DNA of 58,008 nt from Solirubrobacterales bacterium (GTDB taxonomy: Bacteria; Actinomycetota; Thermoleophilia; Solirubrobacterales; JACPNS01): positions 1 through 58,008 of the forward strand of contig JBOGYW010000002.1 in NCBI GenBank assembly GCA_050696815.1, written 5' to 3'. The position numbers were made by a program, and so were the translations under genes. The notes under the pieces are model-generated. The model worked only from the letters and a program-made list of their open reading frames with translations, did no database searches and was not told the DNA's origin. Positions within the stretch are counted from its first letter, which is position 1, and every line of letters begins with the position of its first letter. Below, piece by piece: positions 26,144-34,746 of the stretch.

Positions 26144-26217
26144 TCGGGGCGACTGGATTCGAACCAGCGACCTCTCGCTCCCAAAGCGAGTGCGCTACCA
26201 GGCTGCGCTACGCCCCG
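26144..26217 (-). tRNA. tRNA-Pro (anticodon UGG), CCA not encoded
   Basis: Reverse strand: CGGGGCG-TA-GCGC-AGCCTGGTA-GCGC-A-CTCGC-TTTGGGA-GCGAG-AGGTC-GCTGG-TTCGAAT-CCAGT-CGCCCCG-A. Full cloverleaf: 7-bp acceptor, D and T arms, GGTTCGAAT T-loop, anticodon loop U-U-UGG-G-A. Confidence 0.93.
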
Positions 26218-26260
26218 CAGCATCTCGATCATACGAAGGGCAGTATGCTCGGCCGCGCTG

Positions 26261-27520
26261 ATGGCAGAGATCGCCCCCTTAAAGACACTGCGCTACGACA
26301 CCAAGCGCGTCGGGCCGCTCGGCGGCGTTATCTCGCCGCCGTACGACGTAATCGACGACGAGCTGCGCGCGCAGCTGGCCGGCGGCAGTGAGTTCAACGT
26401 CGTCGAGATCGACCTGCCGGTCGGCGAGGACAAGTACAACGCAGCGGCCGAGCGCCTCGAGCAGTGGAAGTCCGAAGGTGCCCTCGTCAGCGAAGCCGAG
26501 CCCGCGATCTGGGTGCTGCGCCAGGACTACACCGGTCCCGACGGCGCGCCGCGCACCCGCCACGGCATCTTCTGCCGCGTGCGCGTGACCGACTACGGCC
26601 CCGGCAAGATCCGGCCGCACGAGCGCACTCACCCCGGCCCGAAGCAGGACCGCCTCGATCTGATGCGAGCAACCGGCGCGAACCTGTCGCCGATCTTCAG
26701 TCTTTTCTCCGACGCCGACGGCGGCTTCCGCGCCAAGCTCGAGGAGATCGCCGGCAGCGAGCCGTTCGACGCCTGTGACGACCTCGACGGCAACTCGAAC
26801 ACGCTCTGGCGCGTCGCCGACGAAGCGACGGTCGCCGAGCTCACAACTGAGCTCGCCGACAAGGAGCTGTTGATCGCCGATGGCCATCACCGCTATGAAA
26901 CCGCCCGCGTCTACGCCGAGGAGATCGGTGGCGAGGGCGAACACAACTACGTTTTGATGTTCCTCTGCGCATTGGAAGACCCGGGAATGACCGTCTTCGC
27001 GACGCACCGCCTGGCGAAGGACACGACGCGCGAGCAGCAGGAAGCGATCCGCGACGTGATCAAGGAGTCGTTCGAGTTCAGCGAGACGACGGCGGACCAG
27101 CTGGCGCCGCCGGACGACGACGACACCTCGCTCTGCGAGTTCGGCTACCTGGACTCATTCCACAAGCAGCCCTACCGCCTGAAGCTGAAGGACCAGGCCA
27201 CCGCGGAGGCCGCGCTCGCCGACAAGCCGCCGGCCTACCGCCGGCTCGACACCGCGATCCTCGAGGCACTGTTCCTGAAGGGCGCGCTCGGCATGACCGA
27301 CGACGACATCTCACACCTCAACGGCCTCGGCTATTCGAGCAATCTCGCCGAGGCGCGCGGGCTCGTGGAGTCTCAGAAGTTCGATCTCTGCTTCTTCCTG
27401 CGGCCCACGCCGATCGAGCAGATCCGCGAAATCGCCGCCGAGGGCGAGAACATGCCGCCGAAGTCGACGTACTTCTACCCGAAGATCCCTACGGGCCTGG
27501 TCTTCAACCCGATTTCGTAA
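26261..27520 (+). CDS. DUF1015 family protein
   Basis: MAEIAPLKTLRYD...ISPPYDVIDDE...IRPHERTHPGPKQDRLDLMRATGANLSPIF...LLIADGHHRYETA. Start moved to ATG 26261 because the track's 26012 start reads through the antisense of the tRNA. Confidence 0.85.
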   Translation: MAEIAPLKTLRYDTKRVGPLGGVISPPYDVIDDELRAQLAGGSEFNVVEIDLPVGEDKYNAAAERLEQWKSEGALVSEAEPAIWVLRQDYTGPDGAPRTRHGIFCRVRVTDYGPGKIRPHERTHPGPKQDRLDLMRATGANLSPIFSLFSDADGGFRAKLEEIAGSEPFDACDDLDGNSNTLWRVADEATVAELTTELADKELLIADGHHRYETARVYAEEIGGEGEHNYVLMFLCALEDPGMTVFATHRLAKDTTREQQEAIRDVIKESFEFSETTADQLAPPDDDDTSLCEFGYLDSFHKQPYRLKLKDQATAEAALADKPPAYRRLDTAILEALFLKGALGMTDDDISHLNGLGYSSNLAEARGLVESQKFDLCFFLRPTPIEQIREIAAEGENMPPKSTYFYPKIPTGLVFNPIS

Positions 27521-27795
27521 CAGCGGACTTACGCTCGGGTTAAGTCCTATGGGGTCTCGACCCCATACGCAATCGTGGTCATCCGTTCTAGACGCAATAC
27601 GGAAGACCTCGAAATCGCTTGCGTTCCAGACGGTTCCGACCGAGACTGTTGCTCAGTGGAGCCCCTCGATTCTGGTGGCAACGAGCGCAGTTAACCCGTC
27701 CTCGGCGCTCGCGGCAACGGAAACGATGCGACCTCAAACTCCGAGCCGGTGGCGCAACCGGCTTGAGCCACGGGCGAAATGCCCGCAGGGAGTAG

Positions 27796-27836
27796 AAAAG
27801 GGCCCGGTTTCTGGGGGGAGACCGGGCCTTTTTCTT
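27796..27836 (+). terminator. Strong intrinsic terminator with no coding gene immediately upstream
   Basis: AAAAG-GGCCCGGTTTC (27801-27811) / loop TGGGGG / GAGACCGGGCC (27818-27828), followed by TTTTTCTT. 11-bp stem with one G:U pair. The A-tract/T-tract flanks make it formally bidirectional. It lies 280 nt after the DUF1015 stop. Confidence 0.8.
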
Positions 27837-27953
27837 GCCCTAAAAGCCGCTTGCCTACTGGCGATATTCCTGCTAGCTTGATTTTGATCGCGAGATTGCT
27901 CGGCCCCCTGGAGCACGCTCAATGCAACGCTCCTAGAGCAAGCTGGAAACAAC

Positions 27954-29660
27954 TTGGATTTGACGACCGACAACAGCAAGCGCCGGCTTCCGAGACGCCG
28001 GCGCAAGACCGGCAAACCCGGTGAGCGCGAGGGCTCCGTCCCGCCGCCGCTCGGCAGCGCGCTGACCGAGGCACTGAACGCAGGCCGTGGCAAGCCCGGC
28101 GCGCCGCTCGCACGGTCACCGCTGCAGATACCGCGGCCGTCGGCGCCGATCGATCTCAGCGGCGGCGTGGGCAAGGAAGAGCCGGCGCTCGAGCTCGAGT
28201 ACATGGAAGTTCCCGAAGGGCGCCCCGGTGGACGCCGTTCCCGCGCGCACGGAACCGCCGAAGAACAGGCACAGATTCGCCCGCTGCGCGTCGTCTCCGG
28301 CGGCGGCTTCGAGCTGGAGTCCGACGCGGAAACAACTTCACGCAGCCTCAGCCCTTCAAACGCCGCCGCCCTCGGCGACTTCGCCGCGGCGATGGCCGGC
28401 CCGCTCGCAGGCGCGATCTACCTGCGCAGCATCGCCGTGTTCATCGGCTCGGCGCTGCTCGTGATGCTGCTGCGCGCACAGGCGCGACGCAGCGCACTCA
28501 GCGAAGGTGAGATCAGCGGCCTGTCGCCGGTGGTCGCCGCCGCCGGCGTATTCGTACTTTCGCTCGCCGTGCACTGGAGCAGCGGGTTTGAAGAGGCCGC
28601 TACCGCCGCTGCGGCGGCACTCGCCGCGGGCGCGATCGCCGCGCTGTTCCTGAAGATCGTCACCGACCGGTTCGTGCACGTGCGCATCGCGGTCGTCGGC
28701 GAGGCCGCGACGGCCCACCAACTCGCCTGGCAGCTCGCGCGCGAACGCGTCGGCCGCTACACGATCGTCGGCTACGTCACGCGCACCAGTGAGCGCGACA
28801 ACCTGCGCGACCTCGACCACGTGTCCTTCAAGGTGCGCCGGCTCGGCCTGCTTTCCGACCTCAGCCACATCGTCGCGCGCAACGACATCGAACTGCTCGT
28901 GATGGCCGCCGACCAGGACCGCATGAAGGTCTTCGAGCGCGCCACCGTGTGCGCCGAGCGCTACCGCACACGGCTGATCGCGCTGACCGCATTCGAAGAG
29001 GCGGTCTTCCGCCGCGTACCGGTCGACCAGCTGAACGTCGCCTGGTTCCAGGCGATCATGCACCCGCGCTTCCGTCCGGCGCCGCGCTTCGCGACGCGAA
29101 TGATCGACCTCACGGTCGCGTTGGTCGCCGGCCTTCTCACCGCCCCGTTCTGGCTGCTGTCGGCAGCTTTCATCAAGCTCGCCTTCGGTGGCCCGGTGCT
29201 GGTGCGCCGCCGTCGCGTCGGCGAGCGCGGCCGTTCGTTCTCGGTGCTGCGCTTCCGCGTTGCCGCGAACGACGAAGACGGCAACGCGCCGGCCGAAGAC
29301 GTCCCGGCCGCCGGCTTCGGACGCGTCCTTCGGCGCACGCACATCGAGGCGCTGCCGCAGCTGCTCAACGTGCTGCGCGGCGACATGAGCCTCGTCGGCC
29401 CCGAGCCCGCAACGCCAAAGCTCGTCGCGGAGGTCGAGAACGAGATCGAGTTCTACGGCCGCCGCCACCTCGTGCGCCCCGGTCTGACCGGCTGGGCGCA
29501 GCTACACCGTCTGCCCGACGAGGAGGAGGACGTTGAGACGATGCTCTCGCGCGACCTCTTTTACCTCAAGCACCAGTCGCTGCTGCTTTACGTGTACGTG
29601 CTGCTTTCAGCAGTGTGGAGCGCCTTCACAGGCAACAGCCGAGCGCGCGCCCAGGCCTGA
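27954..29660 (+). CDS. Polyprenyl-phosphate sugar-phosphate transferase (Bac_transf / WbaP-EpsB-like priming glycosyltransferase)
   Basis: The C-terminal half has the family pattern: MIDLTVALVAGLLTAPFWLLSAAFIKLAFGGPVLVRRRRVGERGRSFSVLRFR...IEALPQLLNVLRGDMSLVGPEP...RPGLTGWAQL. TM segments precede a Rossmann-like linker. The N-terminal ~130 aa are Arg/Pro/Gly-rich, so the TTG start at 27954 is uncertain (ATG 28203 possible). Confidence 0.8.
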   Translation: MDLTTDNSKRRLPRRRRKTGKPGEREGSVPPPLGSALTEALNAGRGKPGAPLARSPLQIPRPSAPIDLSGGVGKEEPALELEYMEVPEGRPGGRRSRAHGTAEEQAQIRPLRVVSGGGFELESDAETTSRSLSPSNAAALGDFAAAMAGPLAGAIYLRSIAVFIGSALLVMLLRAQARRSALSEGEISGLSPVVAAAGVFVLSLAVHWSSGFEEAATAAAAALAAGAIAALFLKIVTDRFVHVRIAVVGEAATAHQLAWQLARERVGRYTIVGYVTRTSERDNLRDLDHVSFKVRRLGLLSDLSHIVARNDIELLVMAADQDRMKVFERATVCAERYRTRLIALTAFEEAVFRRVPVDQLNVAWFQAIMHPRFRPAPRFATRMIDLTVALVAGLLTAPFWLLSAAFIKLAFGGPVLVRRRRVGERGRSFSVLRFRVAANDEDGNAPAEDVPAAGFGRVLRRTHIEALPQLLNVLRGDMSLVGPEPATPKLVAEVENEIEFYGRRHLVRPGLTGWAQLHRLPDEEEDVETMLSRDLFYLKHQSLLLYVYVLLSAVWSAFTGNSRARAQA

Positions 29661-29740
29661 ATTTCAGTTCATTTCCTGGATGAACGCCGTTCAACGGGTA
29701 GAATTCCCCGACCTCACCAGGCCATTCTGGAACGCCCACC

Positions 29741-31429
29741 TTGCAGCAGAAATACGACCATGACTGGATAGTCGTCGGCACCGGCTTCGGTGGCAGCGTC
29801 TCCGCACTTCGCCTCGCCGAAAAGGGCTACGACGTGAAGATGCTTGAGTGCGGTCGTCGTTTCGAGGACGAGGACTTCGCCGAGACGATGTACAGGCATC
29901 CCGGCCGCTACTTCTGGCGGCCGTTCGCGAAGATGAAAGGCATCTTCCGGATGACGTTCTTCAAAGACGTCGTCGTACTCAGCGGTAGCGGCGTCGGTGG
30001 CGGCAGCCTCGGCTACGCCAACACGCTGTACCGCGCGCAGCCGAAGTTCTTCAAGGACCAGCAGTGGGAAGGCGTCGGTGACTGGTCCGAGGAGCTGCAG
30101 CCGTTCTACGACACGGCGGAGCACATGCTCGGCGTGACCGAAGTACCGATCCACCAGCCGGCCGACGACATCATCAAGGGCCTCGCCGAAGACTTCGGCG
30201 TGCCGGAGACCTACAAGAAGACTCGCGTCGGCGTGTTTTTCGGCGAGCCGGGCCAGGCCGGAGAGACCGTGCCCGACCCCTACTTCGGCGGCGAGGGACC
30301 CGAGCGCACTGCGTGCAAGCACTGCGGCTCGTGCATGATGGGCTGCCGCTTCGGCGCGAAGAACACGCTGGTCAAGAACTACCTCTGGTTCGCGGAAAAG
30401 CTCGGCGTGAAGATCGACCCGCTGCGCACGGTCACAGACATCCGCCCGATTCTCGATGAGAACGGCGAGCGCGACGGCGCGGCCGGTTACGAGATCGAAA
30501 GCGTTGCGACCGGCGCCTGGTTTGTGAAGCGCCGCCGCGTTGAAACCGCGCGCGGCGTTGTCGTCTCGGCCGGCGCCTACGGCAGCAACCGGCTGCTGGT
30601 CAACTGCAAGCTCGGCGGCTCGCTGCCGAACCTCTCGGACCGGCTCGGCGAACTTGTGCGCACGAACAGTGAGGCGATCCTGGCGGCGACGGCGAAGAAC
30701 GATGACGTCGACTACTCGACGTCGGTTGCGATCAGCTCGAGTTTCTTCCCGGACGAGAACACGCACATCGAAAACGTGACCTACGGCCACGGCGGCGACG
30801 CGATGGGCCGCTCGTACACGATCCTCACCGGCGAGGGGTCGAAGCTGACGCGCCCGCTGAAGTTCATTGCGGCCTCGATACGCCATCCGCGTGATGTCGC
30901 GAGGCTTTTCGCCGCCTACCATTGGTCCAGGCGCACAGTGATTCTGCTCGTCATGCAGACACTGGACAACTCGATCAAATTCCGGCCGAAAAAGAACCGC
31001 TTCGGTGGTGGCTGGCGCTTGACGACCGAAGAAGACGAATTGAACCCGAACCCCCGATTCATTCCCGCGGCCAACAAGGCCGCTGAACTCGCCGCCAAGC
31101 GGATGGACGGCGTGCCGCAGAGCAGCGTTTTCGAAGTGCTCTTCAACATTCCGGCGACCGCCCACATCCTCGGCGGCGCGGTGATCGGCGGCGACGCCAC
31201 ACGCGGCGTGATCGACGGCCACAACCGTGTCTTCGGTTACAAGAACATGCTCGTCTGCGACGGATCGGCAATGCCGGCAAACCCCGGCGTCAACCCCAGC
31301 CTCACGATCACCGCGATCTCCGAACATGCGATGTCGGCGGTGCCCGAGAACAGCTCGGACCGCGCCTTCAACATCGAGGCGATCGCATCACCTGCAGCGC
31401 CTCAAACCGCGGCGGTCAGCGAGTCTTGA
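29741..31429 (+). CDS. GMC-family FAD oxidoreductase (cholesterol-oxidase-like)
   Basis: DWIVVGTGFGGSVSALRLAEKGYDVKMLECG (FAD Rossmann); ...GSGVGGGSLGYAN...; C-terminal ...HILGGAVIG...NMLVCDGSAMPANPGVNPSLTITAISE. Confidence 0.85.
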   Translation: MQQKYDHDWIVVGTGFGGSVSALRLAEKGYDVKMLECGRRFEDEDFAETMYRHPGRYFWRPFAKMKGIFRMTFFKDVVVLSGSGVGGGSLGYANTLYRAQPKFFKDQQWEGVGDWSEELQPFYDTAEHMLGVTEVPIHQPADDIIKGLAEDFGVPETYKKTRVGVFFGEPGQAGETVPDPYFGGEGPERTACKHCGSCMMGCRFGAKNTLVKNYLWFAEKLGVKIDPLRTVTDIRPILDENGERDGAAGYEIESVATGAWFVKRRRVETARGVVVSAGAYGSNRLLVNCKLGGSLPNLSDRLGELVRTNSEAILAATAKNDDVDYSTSVAISSSFFPDENTHIENVTYGHGGDAMGRSYTILTGEGSKLTRPLKFIAASIRHPRDVARLFAAYHWSRRTVILLVMQTLDNSIKFRPKKNRFGGGWRLTTEEDELNPNPRFIPAANKAAELAAKRMDGVPQSSVFEVLFNIPATAHILGGAVIGGDATRGVIDGHNRVFGYKNMLVCDGSAMPANPGVNPSLTITAISEHAMSAVPENSSDRAFNIEAIASPAAPQTAAVSES

Positions 31430-33063
31430 TCGAAAAGGCCAAGCAGACGGGCAAGCGCTACGGCGAACTTGCAAAGACTGTCGCGTCCACGAAGATGGTC
31501 CGGCCGACGCACCCAAAGGTTCTGCTGGAAGTGCGCCGCGCGCTGAAGAAGTACGGACCGACGCAGCCCGCTGGCTACGCGATCAGCGCCGCCCGCCTGC
31601 CGGACGAGCCGGCGATCATCGACGAGCTCGGCGTGCTGACGAACAAAGAGGTGCACGAGCGCACCAACCAACTTGCTCACGGACTGATGAGCGCCGGCGT
31701 CCGCGAAGGCAGCCGCGTCGCGATTCTCTGCCGTAACCACCGCGGCTTCATCGAGGCCTTCGTCGCGGCGCTGAAGATCGGTGCCGACGGCCTGCTGCTG
31801 AACACGGCGTTCGCCGGGCCGCAGCTGGTCCAGGTGATCGAGGACCAGGACGCCGATGCCGTGATCATGGACGAGGAGTACGTGCGCATGCTCGACGGCG
31901 CGCTCGACGACCGTCCGGTGTTCATCGCCTGGCGCGACAGTGAAGATCCAGGTTTTCCGACGATCGACAGCCTGCGCGAGGATATGAGCACGGAGGAGCC
32001 GCCGGAGCCGGGCCGCGTCGGCCGCACGATCATCCTCACCTCCGGTACGACCGGCAAGCCGAAAGGCGCCGCGCGCGCCGAACCGAAGGGCCTGAAGGGC
32101 CTGCTCTCGGTCGTCTCGACGATTCCTTACCGGCACCGCGACCGCATGCTCGTCGCCGCGCCGCTGTTTCACGCCTGGGGCTTCTCGAACTTCTCGGCCA
32201 ACCTGACCTTCAACGGCACCGCGATCCTGCGCCGCCGCTTCGATCCCGTCGACGTACTGCGCACGATCGAGCGCGAACAGGTCGACATGCTCGTCGTCGT
32301 GCCGGTGATGCTGCAGCGCATGCTCGACGTGCCCGAGGCCGAGCGCCGCCGGTACAACGTCTCCAGCCTCAACGCCGTCGCCGCCAGCGGCTCGGCGCTG
32401 CCCGGACAGCTCGCGACCGAGTTCATGGACGAGTTCGGCGACGTGCTCTACAACCTCTACGGCTCGACCGAGGTCGCCTGGGCGACCGTCGCGGCGCCGG
32501 AGGACATGCGCGCCGCCCCCGGCACCGCCGGCAAGGCGCCGACGGGCACGATGTTGAAGATCCTCGACGACGAGGGCCACGAGGTGCCGAAGGGCGAGAC
32601 CGGCCAGATCTTCGTGAAGCACGACATGATTTTCGAGGGCTACACCGGCGGCGAGCAGAAGAACGCATTCGCCGACATGGCCGGCACCGGCGACCTCGGG
32701 CACCTTGACCGTGGCGACCGGCTGTTCATCGACGGCCGGATCGACGAGATGATCGTCTCCGGCGGTGAGAACGTCTACCCGATCGAAGTCGAGGACGTGC
32801 TCGCGAACCACGACTCGGTGCACGAGATCGCCGTGATCGGCGTGGAAGATCCCGATTTCGGCGAGCGCCTGCGTGCCTTCGTCGTGCTGCGCGACGACGC
32901 CGAGGTCAGCGAGAGCGACCTCAAGGCGCACGTCAAGGAGCACCTGGCGAACTTCAAGGTGCCGCGCGAGATCGTCTTCCTCGACGAGCTGCCGCGCAAC
33001 GGCACCGGCAAGGTGATGAAGCGCGAACTGCGCGAGATCGCCATCGACCCGGCCGCGCAGTAG
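31426..33063 (+). CDS. AMP-dependent acyl-CoA synthetase/ligase
   Basis: 4-nt overlap with the GMC gene. IILTSGTTGKPKGA (AMP-binding motif I), YGSTE, TGDLG...GRIDEMIVSGGENVYP, and C-terminal ...LPRNGTGKVMKREL. Confidence 0.88.
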   Translation: MIEKAKQTGKRYGELAKTVASTKMVRPTHPKVLLEVRRALKKYGPTQPAGYAISAARLPDEPAIIDELGVLTNKEVHERTNQLAHGLMSAGVREGSRVAILCRNHRGFIEAFVAALKIGADGLLLNTAFAGPQLVQVIEDQDADAVIMDEEYVRMLDGALDDRPVFIAWRDSEDPGFPTIDSLREDMSTEEPPEPGRVGRTIILTSGTTGKPKGAARAEPKGLKGLLSVVSTIPYRHRDRMLVAAPLFHAWGFSNFSANLTFNGTAILRRRFDPVDVLRTIEREQVDMLVVVPVMLQRMLDVPEAERRRYNVSSLNAVAASGSALPGQLATEFMDEFGDVLYNLYGSTEVAWATVAAPEDMRAAPGTAGKAPTGTMLKILDDEGHEVPKGETGQIFVKHDMIFEGYTGGEQKNAFADMAGTGDLGHLDRGDRLFIDGRIDEMIVSGGENVYPIEVEDVLANHDSVHEIAVIGVEDPDFGERLRAFVVLRDDAEVSESDLKAHVKEHLANFKVPREIVFLDELPRNGTGKVMKRELREIAIDPAAQ

Positions 33064-33082
33064 CAGTTACTCGTCAGCTAGA

Positions 33083-33466
33083 TTGGTTCGCGTGAGCGAG
33101 CTGATCCACACCTGTTACCGCATCACCGACGTCGACAAGTCCGTCGAGTTCTACGGCAAGCTCGGCTTCGAGGAACTGCGGCGGATGCCGATCCGCGACG
33201 AGGCGATCAATGTCTTCATGGGACTGCCGAACGACGGCGCGCGCCTCGAGCTGACCTACAACTTTGGCGTCGATTCATATGAGATCGGCACCGGCTACGG
33301 CCACATCGCGATCACAGTTTCTGACCTCGACGCGACGCTCGAGCAGCTCGCGACCGTCGGCATCGAACCCGAGAAACCGCCGTACAGCGTGCGCGAGGGC
33401 GGCTCGCGGCTGTGTTTCGTGCGCGATCCGGACGACTACCGGATCGAATTGATCGAGAAGGGCTGA
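33083..33466 (+). CDS. gloA: Lactoylglutathione lyase (glyoxalase I, VOC family)
   Basis: LIHTCYRITDVDKSVEFY...LELTYNFGVDSYEIGTGYGHIAI...FVRDPDDYRIELIEKG, colinear with classical GloA. Confidence 0.85.
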   Translation: MVRVSELIHTCYRITDVDKSVEFYGKLGFEELRRMPIRDEAINVFMGLPNDGARLELTYNFGVDSYEIGTGYGHIAITVSDLDATLEQLATVGIEPEKPPYSVREGGSRLCFVRDPDDYRIELIEKG

Positions 33467-33479
33467 GGTCCGCCCGGCC

Positions 33480-34736
33480 TCAGAACAGCGGTAGTAGCAG
33501 CAGCGTCGCCACCGCCGCTGTCAGGCCGATCAGCGTGATCAGCGTCGCCCACCTGTCCGTGGTGCTGAGCGTGTACTCACCCATCACGTCGTGGCTGAGC
33601 GCCAGGCGACGGATCACAACAAGCACTGGCACGAGCAGAATCGCATTGAGCGCCTGCGTCAGCACCAGCAGAGAGATCAGCGGCACGCCTGGCACGCAGA
33701 CGAGCGTTCCTCCGATCACGAGCGATCCGACCAGCACCGCGCGGAATAGCCGGCTCTCACGGCCGCGGCCGAGGTGCGCGGGCCGCCCAGCCGCCTCGCA
33801 CACCGAGTACGCGGTGGCGAGTGGCAGCACGGCCGCTGCCAACAGGCTCGCGCCCACGAGGCCTAGCCCGAACAGCATCTCGGCGGCGCCGCCGGCAACG
33901 GGTTCGAGCGAGCGCGCAGCCTGGGCGGCGTCGTCAACATGCACACCCGCAGGATGCAGCGTGGCGGCACTTGCAATCACGATGAATGCGCCGATCACAC
34001 CGGTCAGCACCGCCCCGGTGACCACATCGAAGCGCTCGGCGCGCAGCTGACGCACAACGAGGTGTTTGTCTGCGGCGTATGACTGGATGAACGTCAGACC
34101 CCACGGCGCCAGCGTCGTGCCGATCGTCGCAACCATCAGTACAACGCCGTCCTTGCTCTTGGGAACCGACGGAACGACCATGCCGCGAGCCGCGGCACCC
34201 CAGTCCGGGTGGGCCAGAATCGCAGCGGCTACATATGCCAGGAACACACTGCCCATAGCAATCAACACGTGCTCAACACGTGTGAACGAACCGCTGAGCA
34301 GCAGCACGCTAACCAACACCACCGCCGCGACGATGCACGGTGTGCGCGGAAGATTCGCCAGGTCGGCCGCGGCGGCGATACCCGCGAACTCGGCGGCCGT
34401 GGTTCCGATGTTCGCGACGAGCAGCGTCACGAGCAGCGACCACGTCACCCGCTTGCCGTAGCGGCGGCGCACCAGCGCGGTGAGTCCGCGTCCGGTCACC
34501 ACCCCCATGCGCGCGCCAACGTCGTGGAACACGATCAACGCCGCGGTGGATACGGCAAGCACCCAGAGCAGCTGGTAGCCCGTGCGCGCACCAAGCACCG
34601 AGTAGGTCGTGATCCCGGCGGGATCGTCGTCGGAAAGTCCGGCGAGCAGGCCGGGTCCGATCACGGCGAGCAGCGCAGCCAGTGAACCCCGCGCCGCTAG
34701 CCGTCTGCGGCGTTCTTTGAATGGCAAAATCTTCAC
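33480..34736 (-). CDS. NRAMP/SLC11-family divalent cation transporter with NRMT-type (Mg2+-like) metal-site substitutions
   Basis: GPGLLAGLSDDDPAGITTYSVLGARTGYQLLW (TM1) and MVATIGTTLAPWGLTFIQSY (TM6). The fold pattern is NRAMP, but D-P-G-N is D-P-A-G and G-A-x-x-M-P-H is G-T-x-x-A-P-W. Confidence 0.8.
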   Translation of the reverse strand: MKILPFKERRRRLAARGSLAALLAVIGPGLLAGLSDDDPAGITTYSVLGARTGYQLLWVLAVSTAALIVFHDVGARMGVVTGRGLTALVRRRYGKRVTWSLLVTLLVANIGTTAAEFAGIAAAADLANLPRTPCIVAAVVLVSVLLLSGSFTRVEHVLIAMGSVFLAYVAAAILAHPDWGAAARGMVVPSVPKSKDGVVLMVATIGTTLAPWGLTFIQSYAADKHLVVRQLRAERFDVVTGAVLTGVIGAFIVIASAATLHPAGVHVDDAAQAARSLEPVAGGAAEMLFGLGLVGASLLAAAVLPLATAYSVCEAAGRPAHLGRGRESRLFRAVLVGSLVIGGTLVCVPGVPLISLLVLTQALNAILLVPVLVVIRRLALSHDVMGEYTLSTTDRWATLITLIGLTAAVATLLLLPLF

Positions 34737-34746
34737 GTAGCCACCC

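Noticed and set aside
26012-26260. N-terminal 83 aa of track ORF 26012..27520
   Set aside because: This stretch reads straight through the antisense of tRNA-Pro and has a junk-like composition. The DUF1015 homology starts at ATG 26261.
27640-27800. c-di-GMP-I (GEMM) riboswitch ahead of the sugar transferase
   Set aside because: GGCAAC…GAUGCGACC…CCGAG only superficially resembles GGCAAACC…GACGCAAAGCC…CCGG. No tetraloop-receptor arrangement could be threaded.
29714-32943. Very long antisense ORFs (29714..31327 and 31402..32943). Similar ones occur at 2025..2795, 8405..9568, 12113..12910, 28356..29468, 42635..43630, 46721..47590, 50447..51721 and 55656..56276.
   Set aside because: These are typical high-GC shadow ORFs opposite genuine genes. 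Their translations are dominated by Arg/Ala/Gly/Asp/Val repeats and carry no motifs.
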